Part shown: positions 42,141 through 56,802 of the stretch, one piece after another | Layout of the letters: every line of letters begins with the position of its first letter | How positions within the stretch are numbered: position 1 is the first letter of the stretch | From: Octopus vulgaris | Taxonomy: Eukaryota | Assembly: GCA_951406725.2 (NCBI GenBank) | Contig: OX597834.1 | Span: 26,908,001-26,972,000 of the forward strand | Length of the DNA stretch: 64,000 nt | Reading direction: 5' to 3' | Notes under the pieces: model-generated | Databases searched by the model: none | Seen by the model: only the letters and a program-made list of their open reading frames with translations | What the model was told of the DNA's origin: nothing | Program-made: the position numbers and the translations under genes

Positions 42141-44452
42141 ATACATACACACAGATGGAACACCAAACCAAATTGAAAACAACAAAACGGATACTCAATC
42201 AAAAATCATACAAAATGTTTTTGCTGAATCAGAGAAAAGCTTAAAGATAATGCACTAGATTTTCCATATAATTAATGCTAGATGTTGTATACTGCAGCCA
42301 GCTTACATAACAGGTTTGTGACATTTAGCTATGCTCCTTTCTGTCTCCTAGTTTCGTTTGTAATCCATTATTCTTAAAATGTATGGAGTTCTGTTTACAT
42401 TTGAAGAGCATTGGACAAAGTGCCTTGCGGTGTTTGCTACAGCCCTTTACCGCTTATGTCGTTTATTTCCATGATCGATAAAATGAAATCTCGGTTGTTG
42501 AGATATTGGAGTCAATATATATCCGACTGTGCCCTCACTCAAAGTGCGTGTAGCCGCATGGTTTGGTAGTTAGGGGTGTTGGACTCATGATTGTAAGATT
42601 GTGGTTTCGATTCCTGAACCGAGGAGCATACATTGTGTCCTTGAGCAAGACACTTTATTTCACGTTGTTCCAGTTCACTCAGCTGGTAAAAATGAGTAAT
42701 CATGTGCCGGACCAGCGTCCTGTCCAGAAAAACCGGGAAACCGGTCCTATGCTCCTTCCAGAGTCATTTAGACTAACCTAGCCTCATTCGAAATGTGTTG
42801 CTAGGTAGCGTGTGTAGGCAGTCACGATTTGTGGTTTAAGGTTTTAGGGGCTGATCGGATGGGACCTAAGGGTTTAAGGATTTAATAGGAATTTGGAGTT
42901 GGGGTCGGGCTCTCTCTTATGTAGAAATCGTATATTATTAAGGGTGGCAACTTGTTATTAATGTTTTACAGTATTTGTTCCGGTCTGAATGATCTCAGTT
43001 CAAATCTTGCCGAGGTCAATTTTACCTTTTGTCTTTCGGGAGTTGATAAAATAAGTGCCAGTGAAGTACTAGGGGTCGATGTTACCGGCTACGTCTCTCA
43101 AAATTGTTGTTCTTGTGACTAGTGTTGGGCATTTTACGTCCTGGTGCTAATTAAATCTCATTACCCTCTGAGTTCAGATCCCTTTCAAATCACTTTTACC
43201 TTTCATCTTTTCATTTGGCTGCTATTTCTAGCAGATCGGGCAACCACATACAAGCAATTTTATTGGCGTTTTGTTGAAGTGTTTCAATGTGTATGCTTAT
43301 ATACTTATATGTATTTGTATGCGCGCGCATGTGTGTATGTATATGTGTGAGTGTATGTTCATTTGTATGCATGCATGTTCTCTTATTTGAATTCTTCCCA
43401 GAAATAACTATTCAATAAAATTTGGATAACAATAATTGTTCATGTTCGACTTTAGAAAGTCTTGCATAGTTCTACTGTTCTACCTACAGATTATATTCAT
43501 AAAGCATGAATTAATGGTCGGTCATTTTCCTCGTCTGAAAACCCTAGCTTTTCAAGACTGTCCCTTAGATATTTCACTAACCTAGCAAATGGACCAATGA
43601 TTAGCGATATAAATATATATATTTATAACCAGAATAGGGAAGCTATCGTTTTCGGAGTTGCTGCCCATAGATATGTTCGTTAACATAGATTATAAAAGAA
43701 ATATTCTTATCTAAGGGGCACTTATACATAGATATATATATATATATTCTGCCGCATATATAACTATATCAGGCTTGCTATGTTCGTACTTGACAGAAAT
43801 CTTGATGGGAATGCTTCACCAATATTCTTTGAGTTAATATATTTGTATATAGGTTTGATATGTATATATTTGTCCTAGAGCTGTTTTATTTTCCTACGAA
43901 CGGCATTATATTATTGTTTTAGCATTTAGTAATAAAAGTGGCGAGAGTGCCTTGATGATATCTTTAGGGCAGTTGCTGATCCCGTGTATAATAATATCAT
44001 TCACAGAAATGTGATGTGATCAACGTTGTGAACCACACCCTGGGATTTTAGGGATCCGCTGCCTCTAACTTGCAATCGGAACTTTGTAGCTATTATTTGC
44101 TCTTGAATTACAAATCTATAACCTTCAAAATGTGACTTAACGATCGCAAGTCCAGCAGAGGCTTAGCAACATTTCGTCCGTCTTAACGGTCTGAGTTCAA
44201 ATGCCGCCGGGGTCGACTTTGCCTTTCATCCTTTCAGTTTGATGAAATAAGTATCAGTTGAGCACTGGGTATGATGTAATCGACTTAACCCCTGCCCCTC
44301 GTGCCAAAAGTTGAAGCCAATATGTATTTGAGAATAGAAAATGTTAGTTTTTTCGTGACAAGATGTCAGTGTATGTACGTGTAAATGCGTGTGTATGTAG
44401 GTGAATGCTGATAGTAGTGGTCTTTCTACTTGGCCAGGTATCGAACTCTTAC

Positions 44453-44613
44453 CTTACTGTAGTCCAGGTTAGGAATGTCGGGGGAAGTGTCAACGTGGGC
44501 GCGAACAAGAGCTGTGATGAGGCTGACTGGAGGTGACGGTGGCGACTCCTGGGGACTTTTCGGTTTTGATGGAAGCCGGCCTCTTCGTCCTTTCAAACTG
44601 TCCGTTCGTACAA
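44453..44613 (-). CDS. NR4A: NR4A exon: T/A-box, hinge, LBD helix 1
   Basis: 161 nt. Acceptor tttcttttttgcAG, donor AAG|GTAAGA. Encodes (V)[53 protein letters not shown]; phases 1 to 0. Confidence 0.97.
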
Positions 44614-45274
44614 CTGCAAAAAAGAAACATGGCGGAAAAAGAGAAAACGGTTAGATATTTTATATTGTTTAGACATACACAGAGCGACTACTGCTGCTGT
44701 TGCTACTACTACTACTACTACTACTAATAATAATAATAATAATAGTATCATTGATATTACTATGTTCCTGAAGTTAGGAAAGACTTTCACACTACATACA
44801 TCGACACACACTCGTGGTTGTCTCCTAACCACATGGTTCCTTGGGAAATCTTTGTGAATAAATCCTTATGAATAAATTTGGTAAACTACGACCAACAGTC
44901 ACTGCTACTACTGCTATTTCGACCGCTGATCATTTCCACAATTACGGCCAACGAATCTAGTCAACGCACAAGACAACCATTATGCTTCCCCCCACCATTC
45001 GCCACAAAACACCACCACGTGAACTCTGTTGATACTAGTAAGAAACAATTATGAACTTTTTTATTACACTTAACTTTTTAAAATATTTTTGATAAGGTTC
45101 GTTTTTTCAAGAAGAACCGAAACATGTAAAATTTCTAAGAAAAATTAAAATTTATCTTATATAGTGGCGTTTTCAAACTTCTTTTTTATAAATATATACC
45201 CGCCATGATAGATCGTTTGCTACTACATACATTTTTTTCCTTTCCTTGTTTCTCTCCTTGTTTTTTTCTGTGTA

Positions 45275-45312
45275 TCTTTCTGTCGAAGAGCGTAGGCTCG
45301 AAACGTAAAAGA
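45275..45312 (+). ncRNA. Minimal hammerhead-like motif, second family (non-A at core position 6)
   Basis: TCTTT-CTGTCGA-A-GAGC-GTAG-GCTC-GAAA-CGT-A-AAAGA, with palindromic stem III ACGU. Relatives at 9717-9754 and 50728-50766, each within a 150-200 nt dispersed repeat. Confidence 0.55.
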
Positions 45313-45654
45313 CTTTTTTCTATTCCCGAGCGCTATACTAATACATTTGTTTGTTTGCACTCCACCTGCCTTCGTCTTTTGTTTATTTTCGTAAACTTTC
45401 CCTTTATATATACATACACACAGCTATATACATACACGCAGCTATATACACACGCGCGTAAGCACTCTCACACACACTGTCCACGTCTTATAGAACACAC
45501 TGAACTACACAAATCCTTCCGATATAATCGTTGTAAAGTAAACTGGGGGGTCATCCATCACCCCTAGAAACGCTATTAGTCAGAGGTTTGCTTTTTTAAA
45601 ACAAGAACGAAACTAGGGGTCAAACAAACAACACCAGTAAACAAATATACATAC

Positions 45655-45784
45655 CTTCTTTGACCATTCCAACAGTTAGACATTTCTGAAAACGGCAAAA
45701 CTGACATCGATTCCTCCTCCTTTTATCTACGGGACAGTTCTTGTCAGCCAGACACACATATTTTGCACCTTTCTGTACTGTACG
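45655..45784 (-). CDS. NR4A: NR4A exon: second zinc finger
   Basis: 130 nt, absent from the ORF track. Acceptor tctttcattaacAG, donor G|GTATGT. Encodes [43 protein letters not shown]; phases 0 to 1. Confidence 0.97.
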
Positions 45785-46109
45785 CTGTTAATGAAAGACA
45801 ATTCACAAAATTTGATAACGTTTTATTATTAATAGTGACGGACATTTTGTTTAATATCTTCTTTCATTGTTAATCTCTCTTTATCGCTTTCTGTCTCACC
45901 ACTTTTTCTTTTTTTTTTTAGCTACGTCTCCTTCTCTCCCTCTCTCTTTTTTTCTTTTCATCTTCTCCTTCACTCTGCCACTCTCTTTCTGTCCCTCCTC
46001 TCACTTTCTCTCTCTCTATCTGTCTCCCTCTCTCCATCTTATAGCTCCATCTTTTTTTCACGATCTTCTCCTTCTGTTTCTGTCTCCCCCTCTTTCTGTC
46101 TCACTCTCT

Positions 46110-46872
46110 CTCTCTCTCTCTGTTTCTCCCTCCCTGTCTATCTCCCTCTCTCTTTTTCTTTTTGTCACCTACTCTGTCTGTCTCTGTCTGTCTGTCTGTC
46201 TCTCTCTCTCTGTTTCTCCCTCCCTGTCTATCTCCCTCTCTCTTTCTCTTTTTGTCACCTACTCTTTCTGTCTGTCTCTCTCCCTCTCTCTCTGTTTCTC
46301 CCTCCCTGTCTATCTCCCTCTCTCTTTTTCTTTTTGTCACCTACTCTGTCTGTCTCTGTCTGTCTGTCTGTCTCTCTCTCTCTGTTTCTCCCTCCCTGTC
46401 TATCTACCTCTCTCTTTCTCTTTTTGTCACCTACTCTTTCTGTCTGTCTCTCTCCCTCTCTCTCTGTTTCTCCCTCCCTGTCTATCTACCTCTCTCTTTT
46501 TCTTTTTGTCACCTACTCTTTCTGTCTGTCTGTCTGTCTCTCTCTCTCTGTTTCTCCCTCCCTGTCTATCTCCCTCTCTCTTTTTCTTTTTGTCACCTAC
46601 TCTTTCTGTCTGTCTGTCTGTCTCTCTCTCTCTGTTTCTCCCTCCCTGTCTATCTTCCTCTCTCTTTCTCTTTTTGTCACCTACTCTTTCTGTCTGTCTC
46701 TCTCCCTCTCTCTCTGTTTCTCCCTCCCAGTCTATCTCCCTCTCTCATTTTCTTTTTGTCACCTACTCTTTCTGTCTGTCTCTGTCTCTCTGTCTCTCTC
46801 TCTCTCTCTCTGTGTTTCTCCCTCCCTGTCTATCTCCCTCTCTCTTTTTCTTTTTGTCACCTACTCTTTCTG
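46110..46872. repeat. Pyrimidine-rich minisatellite, unit about 82-98 bp, 9 copies
   Basis: Anchor GTCACCTACTCT recurs at about 46164, 46254, 46336, 46426, 46508, 46592, 46676, 46758 and 46856. Confidence 0.9.
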
Positions 46873-47837
46873 CCACTCTTTCTCTTCCCGAGCCCCATTT
46901 CCCTCCCCCCTCTCTCTGATTTTCCTTCAGTTACTATATACAAATACGCATGCGTATCGTGTACGTATGCACATGTGCCCGAGTATATGCTTCTGCACAC
47001 ACGAGTGTATGTGTGTGTGAGTGAGTGTCTGTATGCGTGTGATGTGTTTGTGCAATATGTGCATTGCATATATGCATGTGTGCATGTATGCGTTTATGCG
47101 AGATATGTGCATGTGTTGTCTATGCATATATTCAGGTACGTATTGTGTTTATGCGTGTGTGTGTGTGTGTGTGCATATGTGCACATGCATACATGCATAT
47201 GCATGTGTGTATCATGAGCATGTGAATTTGTGTGTATGCGTATTGCTTGTATATATCGTGTGTGCGCATTATATCTATAGTATGCGTGTGTGCATGTGTA
47301 ACCGTATTTGAATGCGTGTGCGTGTATTCAAAATGGAGGAAAAAAGCCATTGAATGTTTGTATAACAGTGAACGAAATATCGTTTTTGGTGGAATTATTA
47401 GGCATAGAGAGCAATAGTTTGGACTGATAAATAGAGTGATTGATTGATAGACTGATTGAGTGATTGAGTGATTGATTGATTGATTGATTGATTGATAGGT
47501 AGACAGATAGAGATGGATAGATTGATGTGTATGTAGGTAGAGTTAAGTAGACAGACAGATAGATAAATGCATTTGTAGATTGATGGGTAGATATTATAGA
47601 TTGACGGATAGATCGGTAGATCGGGAGAGGGAGAGAAAGAGAGAGAGAGATAGAGAATAAGGGAGACAGGAAAAGAGAGAGGGGGAGAGAGAGACATAGA
47701 TAGATAACTATAAAGGTTGGCAAAAAAGAAATAGAAAGATATGTAGTTGGATAGATAAACAAACAGACAGACAGACAGATAGATACACAGGCAGACAGTC
47801 AGACAGACAGACAGACAGACAGACGGACGGACGGACG

Positions 47838-47884
<47 letters not shown>

Positions 47885-47910
47885 GATAGATAGATGATAG
47901 ATAGATAGAT

Positions 47911-47972
<62 letters not shown>

Positions 47973-48061
47973 GGGGAAGGTAGCTCGTGCAACAATCAGA
48001 AATATGGGGAAGAGGCTAAGAATGCTGGGTAAATTTGGTTATTTGCTTTCTGTTTGAATGG

Positions 48062-48076
48062 AAAGGTCAAAGGTCT
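48062..48076 (+). promoter_or_regulatory. NBRE (AAAGGTCA) overlapping a DR1 (AGGTCA-A-AGGTCT) in an NR4A intron
   Basis: Sequence AAAGGTCAAAGGTCT in a short unique island between microsatellites. Motif match only. Confidence 0.35.
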
Positions 48077-48236
48077 TCGGTTTTCGAGTAAGAATGCGGT
48101 AGTGGTGTATACAGATAGAGAAGGAGAGAAAGTGAGTGAGTGTAAAAGAAAGATTGAGAGAGAGAGAGAGTGTGTAAGGGGGAGGGAGGGAGAGACAGAG
48201 ATAGAGAGAGAAGAGAGAGGGAGAAAAAGCAAAATG

Positions 48237-48310
<74 letters not shown>

Positions 48311-48799
48311 CACAAATACATACATATACTTACACACGCACACACACACACATATATATATATATACACACAGACATACATATGAGTGTATATATATATA
48401 TATACATACATATAAACATATGTATATACATACACACATATATATACATATACCCATATATAAACACATATATAAATGTGTGTGTGTATATATATATATA
48501 CACACGCATACACACAGAGGCTCACATATGCAGTGGGAGAGAGGGAGAGGGAGGGGAGGGATATAATAAAATAAAAAAAGAAGTGGATCGGAAAAAAAAT
48601 GGGTGGGGTGGGGCTAGGTAGAAGGTTTGACGAGGGGGAGGGGTTAGAGGAATGGGGAGAGGAGAGATAGGGCGGTGAGAAGGTGAGTGATAAGAAGGAG
48701 GAGAGAGATGGAATTGGCAAAGATACATTGTTTTCCCACGTCTTTGAACGGAACGCAGCGTCGTCGCTTCGTGTCCTAATTCTCGTCGATAAACACACA

Positions 48800-49270
48800 C
48801 ACATACACACGCACAATCACACACATACACATATATATATATTTACATACATGTATATCTATACATATATATATATATGTATATACACACGCACAATCAC
48901 ACACACACACACATATATATATTTACATACATGTATATCTATACATATATATATATATATGTATATACACACGCACAATCACACACACACACACATATAT
49001 ATATTTACATACATGTATATCTATACATATATATATATGTATATACACACGCACAATCACACACACACATACACATATATGTATTTACATACATGTATAT
49101 CTATACATATATATATATGTATATACACACGCACAATCCCCCACACACACTTGTATATTTACATACATGTATATCTATACATATATATATATGTATATTC
49201 ACACGCACAATCACACACACACACACACACACATATATTCACATACATGTATATCTATACATATATATAT
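48800..49270. repeat. Microsatellite-derived minisatellite, unit about 60-66 bp, about 7 copies
   Basis: Anchors CACACGCACAATC and TTTACATACATGTATATCTATAC recur periodically. Confidence 0.85.
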
Positions 49271-49440
49271 GTATCTGTGTATATATATGTATGTATATTC
49301 ATACGTACACACATGCACTCGTATTCAATCACACGTAACATATATACATTTAATGTTTGTATGTACATGAATATAGAGTGTATATGCGTATACGCACGTA
49401 GAATCAGATTATATACATATACCGTGGAAATCGTATGCTG

Positions 49441-49483
<43 letters not shown>

Positions 49484-49576
49484 GTATGTATGCACGTATG
49501 TATGTATGTATGTATGTATGTATGTATGTATGTATGCACGTATGTATGTATGTATATATGTATGTATGTATGCACG

Positions 49577-49607
<31 letters not shown>

Positions 49608-50052
49608 ATATGTATGTATGTATGCACGTATGTATGTATGTATATATGCATGTATGTATATATGCATGTATGTATGTATGTATGTATATATGTATGTATG
49701 TATATATGTATGTATGTATGTATGTATATATGCACGTATGTATGTATGTATGTATGTATGTATGCATGCATGTATGTATACACTTATCTGTGTGAACGAA
49801 ACTATTTTCCGTTGCAATCTTTTATACAAGCGCACGCATTCAAACCACATATATACGATTTAGCACACATAGGCACACAGATGTTGACAAGCACACATAC
49901 ACACACACACAAACATATATATATGTGTTTGTATACGAGTATGTGTTAATGATTGTGTAACAGAGAGGCCCACAAGCACACACACACGTAGATTCATATC
50001 AGTTCACATCTATCTATCTATTTATCCATCCATCCATCTATCTATCTATCTA

Positions 50053-50086
<34 letters not shown>

Positions 50087-50852
50087 AATTTACACACACG
50101 TAAGTATATGTAGTTATTTATGCATTTATGGGTGCATATCATATTCACGTATAAACACACTAACACGAATGTGGTCCTCGATGTATATGACGACTGCTAT
50201 CACATCCGGCTATATTGGATAAGGGATTTACGAGATTATGTTTGACACAATGTGGGCCTAAGTATGTGTCATGTGTGTGGTGTGGTTGAATTTAGACCAG
50301 ACACACACACACACACACACACACATGCACACACACACACATATATATAGAGAGAGAGAGACATGTAGGGTAAAAGTCCCCTTCGGTCATGAATGACCAT
50401 GGGATTGCACCTAGAAAATTCTCTTCCGCAGCACAAGTCCTTGCAAGGTTGTTTATTGAAGACCAGCAGCCGCCCATGCATACCGGCCTCCCTTCTCCAT
50501 GCCCCACCGATGTTATCCAAGGGAAAAGCAAAGGAGCCGATACAGCGTGGCACCTGTGATGTCACAACTCATTTCTACACCTGAGTGAACTGGAGCAACA
50601 TGAAATAATGTCTTACTCAAGAACACAACACACAGCCCCGCCTGAGAATCGAACTCACTACCTTGACCGCTAAATCTACATGTTTTTGTCTTTTTTTTTG
50701 CAATTCTCTATGTTTATTTTCTCTTATTCCTTTCTGTTGAAGAGCGTAGGCTCGAAACATAAAGGACTTTTTCATTTTCACGAGTGTCAAAATAATACAC
50801 CTGCTTGTTGTTCATACACCTGTCTTCGTCTTTTTGTTTTTCTATGAAATTC

Positions 50853-50913
<61 letters not shown>

Positions 50914-50914
<1 letters not shown>

Positions 50915-51310
50915 GTGTGGTAAGTAGCTTGCTAACCAACCACATGGTTCCGGGTTCAGTCCCACTGGTGGCATCTTGGGCAAGTGTCTTCTGCTATAGC
51001 CCCGGGCAGACCAATGCCTTGTGAGTGGATTTGGTAGACGGAAACTGAAAGAAGCCTGTCGTATATATGTATATATATATGTATGTATGTGTATGTTTGT
51101 GTATCTATGTTTGTCCCCCTAGCATTGCTTGACAACCGATGCTGGTGTGTTTACGTCCCCGTCACTTAGCGGTTCGGCAAAAGACACCGATAGAATAAGT
51201 ACTGGGCTTACAAAGAATAAGTCCCGGGGTCGATTTGCTCGACTAAAGGCGGTGCTCCAGCATGGCTGCAGTAAAATGACTGAAACAAGTAAAAGAGAAA
51301 AAAAAAAAAG
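50914..51310 (+). mobile_element. SINE family A copy (NR4A intron)
   Basis: Near full-length match to family A. Confidence 0.9.
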
Positions 51311-52364
51311 AGAGTATATATATATGTAAGACCCGCTTCGGTCAAGATTGACAATCAGATTGCACCGAGAAAATTCCCATTCAAGGTACAAGTCCGGGAG
51401 ACACCGATCAGCCTACCCATGCATACTTGTCATCCCTCTTTACGATACAGCCCGGCACTATTTACGTCGCTACTCATTACTTTAGCTGAGTGAATTGGAG
51501 AAACATGAAATAAAGTGGCTTGCTCAAGAACACAACACACAGCTGGGTCCGGGAATCGAACTCAATCTTCAAGATTGTAAGCCCGCTGCTCTCATCACTG
51601 AGCCATACTTCTTCATTGTCTGTCTGTATCTGTCTATCTATCTTTTTCATTTTTCTTTTCTTTTTTTCCCGTTTCTCCTTTTTTTTTTTTTTCTTTTTTT
51701 CTTTTTTCTTTTCTTTTTTTCTTGTTTTTGTTCTTTTTTCCCTTTTACGATCCCTTTTGATCGAAAACCTACGCCACCTTTCTTTTTTTTTTCTCCCCCA
51801 AAAGAAAAGCTCTACCTTGTAACTGTGTGCAGCCCTGTGTGGCCAATAAAGAAACTTATCTATCTACAGCAGTAGTGATCTACCCTTCGGTAAGTCCAGT
51901 GCAAGTGAACCTTCTCCAGAACTTTCCGTACGACCTGGGACGGCTCATACCCTCCACTGTCGCCGTTCAATAGATTACTGATACTTCCGCTATCGGGATT
52001 GAACCTGCGATGAATGCTGGAGTGGTTTCTAATCGGTTTTTCTTGGCAGGTGGGATTTGAACTCACAAAAGGACAGGAAAATAAACTGTAAAGCGCTTCT
52101 GCTGACGTGCCAAGGATTCTGTCAATCTCCCACTCGTAGGAACAGCGTGAAACGAAGTGTTTCACTAAAGAACACCACGCGCCATACAGTTTGAGATTCG
52201 AACCCACTACCTAGTGATTGTGAGTGCAACACTCTAACCATTAAGCCATGTGACTTCACACACACACACACACACACACACACGCAAATATACGCGCGCA
52301 TTCAGACATATACGCAGACACACACACACACCAAACACACAAACACACACGCACACAAATATCT

Positions 52365-52406
<42 letters not shown>

Positions 52407-52419
52407 GCGCTCACTCGAT

Positions 52420-52457
<38 letters not shown>

Positions 52458-52473
52458 CGCTCACTCGATGGCG

Positions 52474-52513
<40 letters not shown>

Positions 52514-52555
52514 CGCTCATTCGATGGCGTGTGTGCGTGCGCTCACTCGATGGCG

Positions 52556-52599
<44 letters not shown>

Positions 52600-52615
52600 C
52601 GCTCACTCGATGGCG

Positions 52616-52647
<32 letters not shown>

Positions 52648-52885
52648 CGCGTCAGCGTGTGTGCATGCGTGCGCGAGTTTTGGTACATAAGTAGTAATAT
52701 GATCTTATGCTTCGGAATACAAACAGACTCAGACAGATTCCACTTCATCTGCGCATACATTCTTCTGCAGAGAATCACAAATCTACACACCGGAACACGT
52801 ACACGACATACACATATATACTCACATATTCATTGGCATACATGTATGCCTACATGAATATGCATATATGTATGTATGTATGTAT

Positions 52886-52937
<52 letters not shown>

Positions 52938-52940
52938 ATA

Positions 52941-52993
<53 letters not shown>

Positions 52994-53101
52994 GTGTGTG
53001 TGTATATATATATATATGTACTCTTACGCTTTTACTCTTTATATATACATATATATCAGTATATATATATATATACGAATATATGTGCATATATGTGTGT
53101 A

Positions 53102-53134
<33 letters not shown>

Positions 53135-53180
53135 AGTGTATACATATACATATATATATACACACACACATATATACATT

Positions 53181-53237
<57 letters not shown>

Positions 53238-53520
53238 GTATATATACATGCATATACATTATATATATATATACATATATTTATATACATATATATATGT
53301 ATGCATGTACACATATATATACATTATATATAACTACATACATACACACACATATATATATATATATATATATTTATATATTTATATATATAATGTATAT
53401 ACATATATATATACACACAAACCTATATATTTCAGACATAGAATTGTTTATGTGTTCCGAAGATAAACTGCACATTTTAAACACACACACAGACACACAC
53501 ACAGGCACACACACACACAA

Positions 53521-53632
<112 letters not shown>

Positions 53633-54083
53633 ACACGTATATGGAAACAGCCTTTTGACATAGATATACACAGGCACAGACATCCCTACACGCATACGGA
53701 AACCCAATCGCATATTCATATACGCATACGTATATATACACACAAACATACAAACATACATTTATACATACATACTCACATACATACATACATACATACA
53801 TACATACAAGCATAAATATACATACACATGTTTACAGGTGTCAAAGATAAAACGCGAAAAATGTTATTCACTGACAAATATACACATATACATATGTATA
53901 AACACACACACATACCTGCGTTTACAGACGTGCATGTATATTTGTATATAATTGTATATATATGTATATACATATGATATATAGGTATATACATGCATAC
54001 ATTGATACATACTACATACATACCGCATGTATACATACATATATACATACATACACACACACACACATATACATACAAACATG

Positions 54084-54119
<36 letters not shown>

Positions 54120-54295
54120 TACATACATACATACATACGTACATACATACATACATACATATACACTCACAGATATGCGTCAACGTATTTATATATGCCA
54201 AAGATAAAAGTAGACATGTTATGCTTTGCAGATCCTGTGACACTTTCTCTGGTTAGCATATACATTCGCATACACATACACACATACATGTATGT

Positions 54296-54375
<80 letters not shown>

Positions 54376-54558
54376 ATGTATATATAGGCGCAGAAGTGGA
54401 TGTGTGGTATGTAGCTTGCTTACCAACCACATGGTTACAAGTTCAGTCCGACTGTGTTGCACCTTGGGTAAATGTCTCCTACAATATTCTCGGGCCGACC
54501 AAAGCCTCGTGAGTGGATTTGTTAGACGGAAACTGAAAGAACCCCGTCGTTTATATGT

Positions 54559-54623
<65 letters not shown>

Positions 54624-54888
54624 ACACACGCATGTAAAACTCTATACTGCATCAAAGACTTGGTTATCGCAGTTTTTTATGAATGAAGCATCTCCACACG
54701 AAAATACTTGTACACCTACATACGTAATTACACCTCTATATACACACTTTGGTTATAATGCATACATGCACACGCAGAACATATACGCACATGCACACAC
54801 ACACACGCATAGCTATATACATTCACACATTTTGACATAAATTTATATCCTTACATGCCTATATATATATATATATATGTGTGTGTGC

Positions 54889-54972
<84 letters not shown>

Positions 54973-55094
54973 GCATATATATGTATATATATATGCATAT
55001 ATATATGCATATATATGTATATATATATATATATATATATGCATATATATGTATATATATATGCATATATATATGCATATATATGTATATATAT

Positions 55095-55307
<213 letters not shown>

Positions 55308-56802
55308 TATATACTTACACATCCATCTTTTAATTAACACCCATCCTCAACTTACGCATACATTCCATCCTTGCCTCCTCTTCTCGATCTCCTCTTCATC
55401 ACCCATTCTCGCTGAATGTTTATGTGTGTGTGTCTGTAAACACAAGAACGCATACATGCATATACACACATGCATACATACAGAGACACATGTGTACTCA
55501 TATCTGTCTGTTTACCTATCTATCTATCTATCTATATATATATATATATATATATATCTAACTATAGATGTATATACATACATAGAAATATACATTCCAC
55601 ACACACACAAATACACACATATCATTTACAATTCTTCATGCTAACCCCGCCCTGCCCCTGCACAAAACTGTCTTTTACCCCCTTCGCCCATATTCTTTAG
55701 ATTAATAGTACTTCTATACACTTATCTTCTGCTGAACTTTATCACGTGACGTATTAAAAATACCCTGCCGTACCCAAAACCCAGTTTTCCAACCCCCTTG
55801 CCGAATCTAAATCCAAACAGCAAACCCAAATCTCCAGGCACGAACGCAAGTCCTTCACCAAATCCAAACCAAACCCCAAAATACCGCTAAACCCAAAACA
55901 TTACCCTACTCACTCTAAGCCCCTAACTCTGATCCTAAATTCAATCAACTTCGTACCTACACTTAAAACAAATTTTCCTCAGATACACCAAACCTCAAAA
56001 TCTCACCCGACCCTAAATCCTAAATCCTATGAAAATTTAACCCCTAAAACATTTGGTCCTATCCGATCATCCCCTAAAACCTTAAACCATAAATCGTAAC
56101 TGCCCTCACCCGCTGCCTATCAGCAGTACACACACCCTAAGCCGGTCACCACTCGTCTACACATTCCCTTTCCACTACAAGTTACCAACCTACATTTTCT
56201 CCCTGGGGCACTACGTCTTCTCCGCCAAGCTGCGCTCCCACCATCGACGCATCGACGCAAGCCACCGCCCTCCACGCCTTTCTCTACCTAAGATACCAAT
56301 CTACATTCTCTCCCAGGGGATCCTTTTCCCCCCCACCTCCACCCCTCCACGCATACACACAAGCCGACACCCTACAACTACCCAACTACACAAGGTACCA
56401 GCCTACATTCCTTGTCTTTGCAAACAGTAAAATGAAACGAACGCCATGGTGTCGATTTCCTCGTCCAAAATGGCGGCCATGTTTGTACTTATGTCGTTGC
56501 AGTTATGTTTGTTGCTGTTGTTATTGTTGTTGTGAATGTTGTTGTGACTGGTGGCGGCCATTTTTGTACTCATGTTGTTATAGTTGTGTTATTCGCTGTT
56601 GTTATTATTGTTGTTGATGGCGTCCATCTTTGTACTTAGATCATTGCTGCTGTGTTTGCTGCTGTTGCTGCTGCTGTTGATGATATTGTTGTTGCTGATG
56701 GCGACCATGTTTCTACTCATGTTATAGTTGTGTTTCTTACTTTTGTTGTTGTTTTTGTCGTTGCTGCTGTTATTGTTATTGCTGTTATTGTTATTGCTGT
56801 TG

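Noticed and set aside
48535-48660. G-quadruplex-type G-runs
   Set aside because: They lie in GA/G-rich simple sequence common across this window and on the strand opposite the mRNA; nothing specific supports a function.
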